A stretch of DNA of 64,000 nucleotides from Neoechinorhynchus agilis (Eukaryota > Animalia > Acanthocephala): positions 4,558,389 to 4,622,388 of the forward strand of contig CM121343.1 of the NCBI GenBank assembly GCA_051530055.1, written 5' to 3'. Positions within the stretch are counted from its first letter, which is position 1. Each line of letters begins with the position of its first letter. A program made the position numbers and the translations under genes. Positions 47,480 to 60,858 of this stretch are shown here, one piece after another. Below the pieces are notes generated by a model. That model was not told the origin of the DNA. It made no database searches and was given only the letters and a program-made list of their open reading frames with translations.

Positions 47480-47954
47480 ACGCCTTTTGATCAAAATTGT
47501 TTCTCATGTTTTTATATGGCAGAAAACTTGAAATAATGTCTTTAAATCACAATCGTGTGCTAAAGTCACACGATGAATTCATTTTTTTGTGCAACAAAAA
47601 CACTAGAATATCATGTTTGAAAATTAAATTGTCCATGCCTTTTTTTATAACGTGCTCCTTGTCGAGTTATCAGCGACCAAAAGTACATATTTGCAAATGG
47701 GCACCATTCTGTGGACGTTTAAAAAATTAAACGTAGGATTTACTGCATTCAGTGCATGTAATTCTGTGGACCACACCTTTGCTTTCATGTTCATCTCGTT
47801 TCTTAACAATGGAACTTAATGGTTTAGCTTTCTTCGTGTAGATACAACAATCGAGGTCTTTGGCCGCAGCTCTTTTAATCAGATTATTAATTGCAGTGAA
47901 TATCGAATTTTTCTGCCACAAAAACACACCAGCTTTTGTTCTAGTTTTATACAT
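47480..47954 (-). mobile_element. Penelope-like GIY-YIG remnant
   Basis: KPLSSIVKK..SKGVVHRITCTECSKSYV matches the GVVY.I.C..C...Y.G pattern; followed by a decayed KEH motif and directly by the 47.2-kb foldback. Confidence 0.75.
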
Positions 47955-48033
47955 TAACGGAAAGAAGATCTTAGGTTTTTAGTGACATTTATAGTTTTTC
48001 TCCTTTTGTAGATTAAGAAAGTTGTTTTTTCCA

Positions 48034-50837
48034 ATGGCCGTGGCTCCATTAAGTGCTGCCATAAAAACTGAGTCGGGTGAGCAATCAAACTTGGAACACA
48101 GGTATCGTGCACTTTCTGAATTTGTTTACTTTCGACGTTTAAAAAACAGGTTATTGCAAGTTTGTACACGGCACAAGCAAGTTAATCAGAAGATTCTAAT
48201 AGATGAGTTTCCCGGTGTATCTACGATGGAACTTTGTCGGATTCTTAACCGCCTGAGTAAAAGTGTAAGAATACTTTTTCTTAATATCTGCACATTTTTA
48301 GTCGTTTTTAGAAAGTGATTGAGATTGTAAGAGTAGACAAGGAATTGTGGTATCGATTAAAAGATCAGGATACGTTAAAGTTAGTGATTAAAAATTTGCT
48401 ATTTGTAATTTTTCCTTTGACTTCTTTACATTGTTGCGGATGGGGAAGCTAAATGGTCTTAGTTCCATATTTAATATTGCCTTATTAGTGTTGAAAACGC
48501 GTTATTTAAATCGATTTTATAGTGTAAACATAGGCCAAGTTTGATAATTTTGAAGGTCGTCTAGAAATGTTTTAATTCTAGTGATCATTAATAACCATTT
48601 TAAAATTACTTGGCTATGTTTAGAATTGCCTGAAATTTTCCTGTTTTTCATAAAAACCAATTAGCAACCGATGATTTGGAAAATTGTCCAAGGTCTCATT
48701 ATGGTGTACCATTTTTATTCGGCATATTGCTTCTTGACCGCATTCGTGTTAATCTTAAATTAATTGAAGCATTTGTACATTGGAACAATTATCTTTTAAA
48801 TTCAAATCGAAAATGCAATTTCCAAGATTGTGCATTCTAGGAGATTTGAACTAAGGTGTGCTTGCCTTTAATATTTACTTTTATCCGTACTGTTGAATTG
48901 AAAATGGACTAAAATGCCATTTGAAATCTTACTTGAATCGATGAAATACTACCGAAAACAGAATGAAGTTCCTTCAATGTAGAATCAGCTAACAATTTAT
49001 TTACAATGAGACTGGGACTGCCCTCGATATAGTTGACTGTGTGTTTGTCCATAACCCAGCCCTGTATGGCAAAAACAAAAATCTAATATATATATATAGA
49101 CAACATGAACAGTTTGATAAAATGTCGTTTGTCTTAAACACAATTTTCCATTGTTTGCACTATTATTACTAGTTTAACAATTACTAGTTTTATTAAAGAC
49201 GCATGCCAAAAGTACAAGGTCACGAAATTTCTTCCATTTACTGCTTTGAATCTCCAAAACATCCACAGATTACATGAACTGAAGATTGAAATTTAGTACA
49301 CTAAATAAAAATCGGCTGTCGATATGTGAAAGGAGATACCGGCGGGAATGTGGTTGGAATTATTATGGTTAGAAGTCTACGCCCGCGGTAAATGATTATT
49401 TCGATTAAAAAGACGTTCTGCGAACCTCACCGTGGGTTCATGTTTGTTTTATAGCTATAGACTCTATCGATAACCAACAAACAAGTTGATGATGAAGTAC
49501 CCGACTAGGTTCGCCGAAAGTTTTTAATCGAAATAATCATTTACCGCGGATGTAGGCTGTTTTGGTGATAAATGTTCATTTCAGAATCTGTACAAATTTC
49601 TCGCTTCGGCTGGATATTATTCACTAAATGAGTATATCACAAAAATAATGGGTGGCTGTGAAAATAACTTTTTATTCTATGTTTTCCGGAAGCTGTGTAA
49701 TACCATGCATTGTAGTTTATTATTACTGTCTCAAGTGGTTCGGATCCTTCCATTTCATGTTGTGCTTGCTTTATTTCCAATTGGGAAGAGTGAAGTGACT
49801 GGGTTTAGAGCTGATCTCAAAGCTCCCCAGAGAGTACTCCTTCCATCATTTGCTCAAAGAATTAACAAAAAAGGAGAGCTGGTAATTATTATTTTCCACA
49901 ATTTGCACTTGGATGCTTGTGTAGTAGATTGGTTTTTTAAAGCGCACTAAAATGAAAACACTGGAAAAAAGAGTTTTATTTGAACTTGGTTATTATATTG
50001 GTTATGTTGCAGAACGCATTTTTAGAGCATGCGCTTCGCTAAATGAAGAGGAGACAAGCATTTACGAACTCATAAAAGACGCAAAGACGAAAGGTTATTG
50101 TTCAATTTTTGTTAATTCTTGGTAAATTTATTTAGGAATCACAAATATGACTATCCGGGAAAAATCTGGAATTTCACTGCAGGTCATTAGCAAGTGTTTA
50201 CGTCAATTGTTGGACAAAAACCTTATTGCTGCATTTTCAACTTCTAGTCAGGTTAGAATTCGAGTTGTACAATTGTGTTAACATCTAAAAAAACAACTTA
50301 AAGGCAAAACGAAAAGTTTATGTGCTAGCCTCTTTAAAACCCGATGAATCGTCCGTTGGCGGAATATTTTATACTGATGTTGGAGTGGATGTGGAATTCG
50401 TGAGCAAGATAAAAGATATCATCCTTTCGTACATTGAGCGCAAGCGGTCCAAGGAATTAACAACCGGTAAAGAATTGATAAAAAACATCAGTGTATCAGT
50501 CAATGAATTGTTGAAGCTAATGTCAAGCAAGGCTGGTGGTGGCAGTGAATTTTCTATCAAGCGTGAAGATATCGTAAAAGTTCTTGAAGGGCTAGTATTT
50601 GAAGGGAAACTGATAAAATGCAAACCGATTTCGACCACTTCTGAATTAATGCCTATCAAACGAATGCGATGCGAGCAAGATGATCAGATGTACAAACTCG
50701 TCAATCCTTGCGTTGGAGTCACAACCGCTGTATTGGTTCCATGTACATTGTGCCCGAATCTGAATCGGTGCCGTACAAGCTCCGGAATCATCAATCCATC
50801 ATTATGTACACACATGTTCGACTTTACGGATTTTTAA
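48034..50837 (+). CDS. POLR3F: RNA polymerase III subunit RPC6/RPC34, multi-exon with one ~1.6-kb intron
   Basis: IYELIKDAKTKGI, KRKVYVLASLKPDESSVGGIFYTD..EFV and C-terminal PCTLCP...C..INP..C cluster; short GT-AG introns plus a long intron ~48380-50025. Confidence 0.9.
49317..49555. mobile_element. Partial foldback copy in the POLR3F intron
   Basis: 49317-49428 near-identical to 47208-47320; right arm TGATGATGAAGTACCCGACTAGGTTCGCCGAAAG..TAATCGAAATAATCATTTACCGCGG. Confidence 0.85.
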
Positions 50838-50968
50838 ACACTAATTGGGCACCATCGACGACTTTTGTAGACGTGTACACTTAGTAATTGTTTAAACTGG
50901 ATTCAATTTTGGCATGAAGCAATAATTAGACGAGTGCGATACATGGAATTTGTTACTTCCGATTCATA

Positions 50969-51151
50969 TTTTTATATGGCGTTAAATAATTAACATAAGA
51001 ATTTATTACGTCCGATTGTTTTCGGCAACGCACAATCTTGTACGCCTTTTGATCAAGGAGACACCAGCTCATATATTTAAAAACTTACGCCTTGCCGAAA
51101 ACATTCAGACATAATAAATTCTTCTGTTAATTATTTAACGCCATATAAAAA
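50969..51151. mobile_element. Foldback element (~60-bp arms) between POLR3F and TFIIA-gamma
   Basis: TTTTTATATGGCGTTAAATAATTAACA..GTTTTCGGCAA versus TTGCCGAAAAC..TGTTAATTATTTAACGCCATATAAAAA; loop shares GCACAATC.TGTACGCCTTTTGATCAA with ~47470. Confidence 0.85.
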
Positions 51152-51272
51152 CTTCTTCTTAAAATGCAAATATGCATAATGAACTCTAAAAACTTTCCCA
51201 TGTCTTGCAAAGCGCGTCTCGTGTGTTCATGAATCGTTTGCGCAATTTTTTCATTTAATTCATAGGCTGAAA

Positions 51273-51644
51273 TTAAATTTTTGCTTTTCGTCGTCCACGG
51301 TGTTTCGAAATTATTCCAGTCGAAGCCACAAGTTTGACGCGATTTGATTTATCCACTATCGAACCCTTTTTCAGCTCGAAATTATCGAATAAGAAAGTTG
51401 TATTGTTATCTGTTATTCGATAAGAATACAAGTGACCGCTGAATTTTGCGCCACGTCTTAAAGTAGGAAACTTCCCTTCAGAAAAAACGTTATCAAATAT
51501 GTCAAGCATATCCTTTTCCGCTTTTTGTGATAAATTACCAGTCCGAACCATTTCATCGAGTACAGTCTGAAGCGCCGCACCAATCATTGTGTTCAGGTGT
51601 AACTGTTTTCGTCGTTCGCAAAATGAAGGCTCATCAGCTCTCAT
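51273..51644 (-). CDS. GTF2A2: Transcription factor IIA gamma subunit-like (divergent)
   Basis: QL..NTMIGAALQTVLDEMV, FD..F, F.GHLYSYRITDN..TF.F.N.E, VKLVA align with TFIIA-gamma. Confidence 0.8.
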   Translation of the reverse strand: MRADEPSFCERRKQLHLNTMIGAALQTVLDEMVRTGNLSQKAEKDMLDIFDNVFSEGKFPTLRRGAKFSGHLYSYRITDNNTTFLFDNFELKKGSIVDKSNRVKLVASTGIISKHRGRRKAKI

Positions 51645-52353
51645 CTAAAAGAAAATAATGTTTTGACTTTTGATTGTTCCTACGCTTGTCACCGAACCTC
51701 GGGAATGGCGAATCCAAACAATACAGCGCAAAACTTTTTTAGATGACCACAAATATTTCATTCAAACTTTTTCATCCCGAAGGATTTTCTTGCTACACTT
51801 AATTGAAATAATATGTTAGATGCTCTCATTCTCAAAAAATGGTTCTTTAATTTCTCAGAATTTGTAAAAACTAAAAATGGAACCCGGTTGAAAGACAGAG
51901 AATCATGCGATTAAAAGCATTGCGAGATCAACTCGAGCGTTCGCTCTTAAGTAACGAGTTAGTAAGGCGACTAAATACACTTTCAATCGTCGAATAATGT
52001 TACTCGTAAAAGTGTTGTTTATTTATTTTATTGCGCGTACACTCAAGGTCTTTTTTAAGGATCCATAAATTTGTATACATTCTATAAAAAATATCTAAAT
52101 ATAGATGGTAGTAGTAGGAAGAGAAAAAGTCTCGAGTCAGAGCGGATCTCAGTACTCCCGGACTCCTCCTTTCCCTCCATAGAAAAAACTATTACTAGTC
52201 TAAAATAAGGACTCAATTACACTATAATTTCGAGTTTGTCTTTTTCAACTAAATTAGTAAATAAAATATAAACGTCAAGCTTTTTGGAGGGATTAAGTTT
52301 TATCAGAAAATAAAAATTTATTGGCTGGAAAATGAGGAGAATAATACCAGATT

Positions 52354-53450
52354 TTAGTCAAAAAATACGGAGGCCGAGAGGAGACTTCGATTTGGGAACG
52401 AAGACCTTTTTAAAATGTTCTTCAGTTTTTTAATAAAATGATTGAAAAAGGTCAATCGAAATTCAAGAGGACGTACCCTTGCAAAGAAACATAATGAACC
52501 TCCAAAAAGCGTAATTAAAATTCTATAAATATAATTAAAAGTGAACCCAATGCGAAGCATACGATTCAAGAGATTTCTTTCTTTATAAAATATTCCAGAG
52601 AGCGAGGAATTAATCAAAAAACGTTGCCTATTTGATGGAAAATCTTTGCCAAGTATTCGGTTGTGTCTCTTGACTAAAAAACGTGAAAATGTTGAATGCA
52701 AAGCCAGATCTTTTTTCAATTGAGCCCTAGAGAAGTAAGATTTAGTAAGTGGTAGGACAACTGTTTTTGATGGATTAACGACTAAATTACCTTCCTGGAG
52801 AGGCCATTCTGTAATGTTATTAAAAAGGAATCTATATGATTTAAGAGGAAAGTCCTACTTTTGTGTTTACAAGACAATAAAATTGTCATCTGCATAAATC
52901 AGAGGGTAGACCGATTTTGATTTAGCCACAATATTCTTAAAAATATATATAATTACAATTAGAAACGGAGTAGGGGACAGTAGAGATCTCTGTGGTACAC
53001 CGTATTTAGAGCAAAAAAAAGATTTAGTTGCCATAAGATTATTTATTTTATAAATTAGATTCATTGGAACTTTAAAAAATAGAGAGCTTTATACAATAGT
53101 CGTCTATCGATTGAGTCGATAAAAATATATCTACATTCACGTATTTTTCATTAAGGGAGTTAATTCAGTAAAAAATGAGTGGACACCACGACCCGGAATA
53201 AAGCCATGAAAAGACAGGGGAATAATTTTTCTGCTTTTCAGAAAGCTGATTAGTCTGGAATTGATGATTTTTTCAAAGAAGGAAATCATTGGATTTTGTG
53301 TGGCGATCATCCGTATGTGTGAAGGGATGCTAACTTTGGGGATAATAATTTTCCTGACAATGTTCATCTCGATTAAGTCATTTATATTGATTTTGTCGTA
53401 AAAGTTTTCAGAGAAAAAGATCTAGATCTCCAGCTTTGATGTTGGCATCT
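52354..53450 (-). mobile_element. Decayed non-LTR (LINE) reverse transcriptase
   Basis: IIIPK..HIR.I..FEKIINSRL..HGFIPGR, GVPQRSLLSP and YADD in successive broken frames. Confidence 0.9.
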
Positions 53451-54002
53451 TAAAGCATTAAAGCGAAAATGTCCTTACCCTCTACCGTCATGAATACTAC
53501 CATCATGAAAAACTTAGTGTCGAACGATTTTTTAATTGAAAAGTTGCGTAAACCACCCTGTCGTGGGGTCACATAATTGACATGATAATTTTTGAGGACA
53601 GAGGATTTAGAAATCTCTCCCAAGGATTCTTTAGGTATTCGGATAATGAATCTCTCTTCTCTTGAGCCAGTTTTTATATAGATTAGGAGAATCCTGCAAA
53701 TTTTTTGGGAAACACTATCACACAAAACACCGGCGGGAACCCCGTCTCACTTACATACAAACCAACCTTGTTGTTCTTTATCAAAATCCATCCTCGAATA
53801 TCCGGAGGATCTGGCGGTACCCTTTCCTTCGATTTCGCTCGAGCGCAATTTTTGTTCCCAACTACATTAGCGCGCATGAACGAACAAACGCAAAATGTGG
53901 TTCGTAGAACGTAAACACTGATTTTTTTAAATGGTTCTACGCTTAAAAACATTGATCTGAATTCGCCTTTGTGAACCTCGTCGGGTTCATCATCAGCTTC
54001 TT

Positions 54003-54286
54003 GGGTCCAGTGGCCGTGTGGTGTGCGCGTTCAGAATGCGCTCGATATGTCGATGGTTCAACGCCACCGGTCGCTGGGTTCCACGGATGTGCGAGGCTGC
54101 TGGAAGCATAGGGATCAGGTTTGAGATCACCCATCGGCCCCAAAAAGTTATGTGTGCAAGTCAGCCGAAAGGCTCCCAAAGAAGGAATATAGCCGAAAGG
54201 CTCAAAAGAAGATGTCGCAAGACCAATCAACCTGAAGAACATAACCATGTGTATGTCTGACTGTAAGGATAAATAAATAAAAAAAT
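54003..54286 (+). mobile_element. tRNA-derived SINE copy 3
   Basis: GGGTCCAGTGGCCGTGTGG..ATGCGCTCGATATGTCGATGGTTCAA..CTGGGTTCCACGG..GGCTCCCAAAGA..GATAAATAAATAAAA. Confidence 0.8.
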
Positions 54287-54797
54287 CAGCTTCTTAGTGA
54301 TGATTTATATCATTGAAACATTCTGATAAAAAGGGCTCATAAAAATGGGATATTTTGTAAAAAAAATTGCGTTCTCATTTTTAGAGCAAGCACACAAACT
54401 TAAAATAAATTATTAAAACTTGGCATTATAAAAAATCAGTAAGCGCAAAGCGTTATTTCAATGGAAATCGAACTAAGAATTCAACGCGTCGTCATAAATT
54501 GATTCGTGATTTTTGATTTATAAGAAAAAACCCGACTTACCGGAAATCTTGAACATATCTGAAGTGCAAAGATCCCATTGACGTCTTTTTTATGTTACAT
54601 TGAAGAAAATGGTTCAACTTTTAGAAATGATGCTCTAAATCATTATAGTTAATACTCCTGACGGTTTTTGACAACATGAAAGGACAATATGAATTCATTT
54701 TAGAAACTTTTGGTCGCTTGTTGGAAATTCGGTGGTGAATTTGAGGTGAAATTGCATTCAGCTGTTTCCCAAAGGACATTCCCTGAGAAATGCTAGA

Positions 54798-56968
54798 TTA
54801 ATCATTAACATCTTCTTCATCTTCAAGAATTGTACAACATCGGAGGGGATGTAGACAGTCAATGGCGATTTTTCGAATGACAACTTTTTTTGAATTGAGT
54901 AAGGAAGCAATGCGTTTGACTAATTTGTGAATGTTTGTCAGTTTCGATGCCATTTTGTTATTGATCAGAATCAAATGGACAACCTTCAGGGTCACAAAAG
55001 CGCAAATTCCCATATCCTTATTGGTACACGAATCGGTGATCATATCAAATACGTCAAGCAATCGATTAACAGTCGTAATTTCCAGAACATCGTCAGGAAC
55101 ATCTTTTTCATTTAATAATTGAAAAATAAAGAAAATCATTTTCTGGGTTGCAACTTCGTCACGAATGCATTCTTTGCTCTCAATGAACTTCAGGAATATA
55201 GATACAAAAGCATTTTCGTACTCCATATCAGGCACAATGAATCGTAAATCCAAGAATACCTCCGAGAGCTCACAATTCATGGGGTTTTTGTGTTTGCATT
55301 TTCAACGTTTCACCCTTAAGAACACATCCCTTGGTGAAATGAGGCTTTTAAATCAACAAATAGACGAAAAGCGCAAAGTCTTAGTGATTCACTAACGGAA
55401 AACATCAAGAATTTTCGTATATTCTTCTTTTCCACGCAAGTTAAGTAATCTTTCCAGTCTTCGACGCTTGAATTTAGGTCCTGAAAATCAATAAAGTGTT
55501 CGATTAGCGGTCTAAAGTACTCGAAACGAAATAGATTAAATAAAAGAAGTTCATTGCATTTGGACAGATCAATAAGCTCTTCTTTAAATTTAATGCTTAA
55601 TGCAGGCATATCGCTACTTTTGTCTTCACATGCGTCCAGCCATTTCCAAATCCATGTAATGAGTTTGTTCTCGATCAAAGGATCCAGGAATCGGTCAAGT
55701 ATTTTGTTGCAGAAATCGTATTTCGTGTGGATGCTTAAGTTCAAGCGATTCTGAAAAAGTCCCACGTGTAGAGGACGAAATATTAAATCAATTTTCTTTA
55801 TGCCACCCTGACCAAAACAATCTACGGATAACATCTTTACCATAAAAACATTGCATTTCTTCACTTAACCAAGTTTTGATTTTTAAAAATTGAGAAGAAT
55901 GTGCACAGAGAGCATTGTATGAAATGGTTTGAAGGATGTTCTTTGCGATTTGAGGGTCGAGTCTCTTTAATTTCCAAAATGAGTTGATTTTCGACGACCT
56001 TAAAAAGCATCCACACGAATTTAAGGAGAGCCTCCCAAAATTTCGGAAACAGCACGCAAGTGCTTATCGGTCAATTGAAGCTCGTGATCGATGCCATCTA
56101 ATATATCAGCCTGTACATTAAGTCGAACTGATTCTCTTGATTGAGCCACAATCGATCCAAGTAGATGTAGGACATTCTTAGGAATACGCTCGTCGGATAA
56201 CGCGTCACTCATCATCTTTCTAAGCTTAAATGATTCGATTTGACCAATACGAGACTTGTTTTTAGTACTGATTAGGAAATATATCATACCAAGAGACCCT
56301 TCATCCCGCCTCACAATTTCCAATGCTTCCAAATAATTCGAACATTGAGCAAGACATTGAACCACTAGTCTTCGAATTGTGTCGCATTCAACTTTACTGT
56401 CACCCACGACCTTTACTGGAATGAACGGTTCCAAAGATTCGAGTAAATTGCATGGCGGTTCAGATGGATCAATCAATTCATAGAGAATTTCTAAAATTGA
56501 TTTTAATACGCCTGGATTCCGCTCGTATGGAACGTGAGAAATAAGGTTTTCAACTAGATGGCATTCTTTGAAAAGATCCCGAAAGTCTGGAATGTTTCTT
56601 AGAAACGTTAACAATAGACGCGTTTGGTCCCGAATTACAAGACATTTCATTTCAAATCGAGAAATGAGGACTTGAAAGATACTGTTTTTTGTAGATCTGC
56701 GGCAATTGCTCAATTCGGTTAGACGAGTTAAGACTTGCAAAGCTGGAGAAAGTAAGACTATTTTATCCTGTGTGAGATCTCGAATCCGAATGAAGCATTT
56801 TTCTATCTCAACTGCAGTGAGGGAGCTTTCTGAACAAGCGTTTATGAATTCGTACAATTTCTCTATTCCTTCGACCTTTTGATAGAGCCCAGAATTGTCA
56901 TCGATAGTCAAATCCAGGAGAACTTGATCTAGATCGCCACTTTTAATCTTTTTGTATGACAATTCCAT
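54798..56968 (-). CDS. ARM/HEAT-repeat-like helical protein, family not identified; split across three ORFs
   Basis: Three consecutive Leu/Ile-rich helical ORFs (315, 182, 160 aa) with HEAT-like patterns such as ERNPGVLKSILEIL and KVVIRKIAIDCL. Confidence 0.6.
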
Positions 56969-58184
56969 CTAAAAAGAAAGTAATGACGGATAGTTAAAAA
57001 CGTTCCAAAAAATAATTTCGTTAATCCAGGTTCTAAATGTAAGAAGTCAGGAAAACCACAGTTTCACGCTTATTTTCATTCAAACAGTCACATCAACTCA
57101 TTAGTTGCTTTCGAGTACTAGCTCATGCTCTAAATCGCCTTTAAGGTTTTTGTCCATTGCGATTACGTTAACAGTGACCCAATCATTTTCAAGTTTTAGT
57201 CTTAGACGCTCTTTACACATTGAAGCATCTTTACATTTTATAAAGCTTCTTCTAGTCAAAGGCTCTCAGTTTTATCGCAAAATGACCCCAACGAGATGGG
57301 CACCATAGAGGACCACAATGGAGAGCTATGGCATTCATTTACATCAGCTTCGTGGTTCATGTCTATAATAGAGACTGCTCATTTTGTCGTTTCTCTCGAT
57401 AATCCTGCATTGGATAAACGGTCATTTTTCGTATAGATTCGCTGCTAGCAATGAAGTCGGAAATGAATTAAGATGGATTTTTTTGCAACTTGTGGGTACA
57501 TCGATTCGACGGGACAATCGCAAACTGATCACAAGGAACAGATCTCGGAATGAGCCACGAAACTGACAAGGTCTTGCTACTCACCGTAATTCACAATACT
57601 TTTGTTCTTGGTAGAGGTCGTGCTGTGCTTTCAAGCACGCTAAGACTGTCTTAGAATTGGACGATATACAGCCGAACACGCGACTGCCGCAGTTCATAAA
57701 TTCCATGATTAAATGGGAGGGTTCAAATACCTCGATGTAATCAATAACATTTGTCAGTCGCGTCCTTTTTCGCGAATATTTATAGACAGTTCACTACTAG
57801 ACTTATCACGTCTAACGGTATAAAAAATTTCAACCTATATCTGATTGATTTCCTCTTTATGTGCACGTCCGCAAATAGCCCAAAATCACTTACTTCTCCA
57901 GCAAAATTGGAACAAATTTGAGGAGCTAGAGCTGCAGCGGACACTTAGATTTTTCGTCATTAAATTTGTATAGAGTTAAAAGTGCTCCAAGGGAAACTCT
58001 CCCAGGCTGAATTACGCAAACTCCCATAAATATCAACTTTTTTTGGGCGTCGAACAGTAACCCTCGGATACCTTCCAGAAACCCCGTTTTAATGCCCACA
58101 TCAAATCAGTGCGTTTCTTCATATGCTTCTTCATCTCGCCGTCTCCACCTAATGAGCCTTGCATAATCGTCAATTCCAGTACTC

Positions 58185-58914
58185 CTAAGAATTTTCATAA
58201 ATTTGTAAGCTTCTGAATTCGACGCAAAATTGGCAACAACTTCCAGTTCTGTAGGAACTGCGAATTGGCTGAAATCGGTAGTCACGGCTTTTTTTTATCA
58301 TAGGCAACCCATTTGATTGGCCGCGCATTACGATGCACTTGACTAAGTTGTTCCAAGTAAGCGATGTCAAAACCGGACGACATGGTACTGAAAATAACAC
58401 TGTTGTTCGTAGCGTTCTTGTTGGCTTTTCTCGGTCTTTGGAAAACGACAACCTTTTATCTAGATTAGGCTGTCATATCTTGCAAGTTTCCCTCATCTTG
58501 TGAATCTTCTAATTTTCGCTTTAGATCGTATGGTTTTTCTATGACCGCCTTAGGAATTAGCATTCTCTCAAGACATTGGGATGCCCGCATAAACGGGGTT
58601 TTGGTAGGTCGATGAAAAGACATTTCACGTTGAAGAATCTTAGGTAACCTCGATAGACGAGGAGCTACGCTAACCATGACAATCGTCTCGGATTCCAGAC
58701 CATACCGATCCTTATTGTAAATTAGTAGATTAAAACTTACCAATCGCAAGTTATACGTAAGACCCGAATATTCAAATCCAAATGGAACCATTCGACTTCG
58801 TGCCGCTAACAAACTTTTCTGTCGATTACATTGTCGACGAATTCGACTTTTCAAGTAACTTGGCAGAAAAGATCTCGAGGACCATCGTCGTTTATGATAA
58901 TCAGAATTGGGCAT
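58185..58914 (-). CDS. Hypothetical protein, probably spliced
   Basis: 149-aa ATG-initiated ORF and an adjacent downstream ORF; no recognised motif. Confidence 0.35.
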
Positions 58915-59799
58915 CTAAAATAGCAGTGTTTTGAACTGTTCAAAGCGAATTCTATAAACAAAAGAAATTCGTGTTTTAAAATAAAAACACAGCAATGATT
59001 ATACGTTCACCTAAAAATATCACGTCCTTCCGAACTTGACAAACTCCTGTACCACTAAAACAATCCTGTTAGGCATTCAGTCCCGAAATTACATTCCTAT
59101 CTCAGAGATGCCAAAAATCCAACCCCGTAGTGGTAAACGCTTAAGTACTACTCAGCATAGCAGGGACTTTGAGGGTCCAGAGGACTGGTACCGTTGCTGG
59201 ACAGGTCAGTTGGGAACCTTGGAGACAAAAAAGGCACTTTCCGAAGTCCCCAACGGTGATCCAGAAACATCGAAGACTAGAAGACCGCAATAATCGTCAA
59301 TCCTCGGAATCGTCTAAAATTCAATTTTTGCCATTTAGATTTCCAGGGCCAAGTAACCGGATCTTTGATCACGGGGCAGATCTCAGGTCCTGATTTCTGA
59401 TTTTTCTTTAAAGAAGGGGGAAGCTAAGCGATTCGGCACACCAACATCTCCTGATGGGTCGAAAAATAAACGAAGGACTGACGACGACGGCTAAAGAGAA
59501 GATGAAGCTATAAACTGGAGAAATCGCAACGTTGAAGCTTTTCCGTGCAAGGACAAAGAAAATCCCACATAAAGAGCCTATCGTGTAGGAAATTGATCGC
59601 CTATTCAGGAACAAAGACCACGACGAATGCGGACAACGAAATCGAAAGAATTTGCAGTCTAAAAGCATGACGACAAATTGCAAAGGTCTGTAATTCAAGA
59701 TAAAAGCATAAGAATTGGGACGATGAACATTCCGCTTGAACAAGCCCATCAAGGATATATTTTCTGATCAGTTAAAATAATAATCTCCTTGCTGATTCA

Positions 59800-60445
59800 G
59801 TCGTCAGGATCGCAGTATCCTTGAGATTAGGTCTACCGATTTGCATCCCGCATCGCTGCCGCTGCGGCACTATAGTGGACTCTTCGGGGAGACACGGTCT
59901 CATATGCAAGACGTCATCGGGACGATTTCCAAGGCATGCTGAAATCAATGCCATTCTGAGTAGGACCCTAAAGACGCTTTCCCTTCCAAACATTCTAGAA
60001 CCCACTAATCTTTGTAGATTAGATGGAAGACGCCCTGATTGCGTGACCGTATTTCCTTGGCGGGAGGGAAAATGTTTGTTGTGGGATGCAACGTGTGTGG
60101 ACGCGTTCGCAAACTCCAACATCAGTCACTCGAAAAAAGGTCCAGGAGGAGCGGCGACGGCTGCAGAGGATCAGAAATGTTCAAAATACAGGGAGCTAAC
60201 AAGAAATTACCATTTTGTTCCCTTCGGTGTGGAAACGTACCTTGGGAGGGTCGCAACTGGCCCTCCTCGTGAAGGACTTGTTGAAACGAATTTACGCAGC
60301 GACTGGAGAGCCAAGATTGACGTCGTTCTTGGCGCAAAAAATAAGCATTGCGGTGCAGCGGGGCAATGCGGCTAGCATTTTGGCCAGTGCCGATGAATAG
60401 GAGCGTTGAAGAAACTATAAATTATGTATGCTTGCTTTAAAAAAA
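59800..60445 (+). mobile_element. 5'-truncated CRE-type non-LTR retrotransposon
   Basis: LRLGLPICIPHRCRCG..GRHGL.C..GRF.RH.EIN (CCHC knuckle) followed by RRPD..FPW.EGKCLLWDATC RLE, 3' UTR and A tail. Confidence 0.92.
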
Positions 60446-60549
60446 TAATCATATGCGCTCCAGCACCTTCCTGATGCAGCGAATCAGCGCAGCGATCCAA
60501 CGAGCATGCAAAATAATTGTGTTCCGGATAATCCAGAAAATGAAAATAG

Positions 60550-60840
60550 TTCGCCGTTCTCAACGCCCGAGAAATTGCGTTATTGATTTCAGAATGGCGT
60601 GAGAACCTTCCTGCTGACCTTCTGCAGACGAGACCGTGTCGCCCGAAAGCATCAACCAAAGACCCACATCGACAGCGATGGGGCGTGCATATCGGGAGAC
60701 CAAGTCTTAAGGATACTGCGATCCTCGTTACCTCGTCAATAAGAAGAGTTCCCACTGATGCCAGAGAAACAGCCTCCAACCACGCCCCAGATTCTCGTGT
60801 TGAAACTGCCAACAGTCTAGCTCGGACGACCCCATCGCGA
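60550..60840 (-). mobile_element. CRE-type retrotransposon internal fragment, opposite orientation
   Basis: SGAWLEAV..GTLL..RIAVSLRLGLPICTPHRCRCG..GRHGLVC..RHSEIN. Confidence 0.9.
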
Positions 60841-60858
60841 GAAAGATAATAATAACAC

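Noticed and set aside
57100-57800. BTB-like spliced gene on the minus strand
   Set aside because: A plausible GTGAGT intron and an LKAQHDLYQEQKYC segment exist, but the frame closes early and the core BTB motif is absent.
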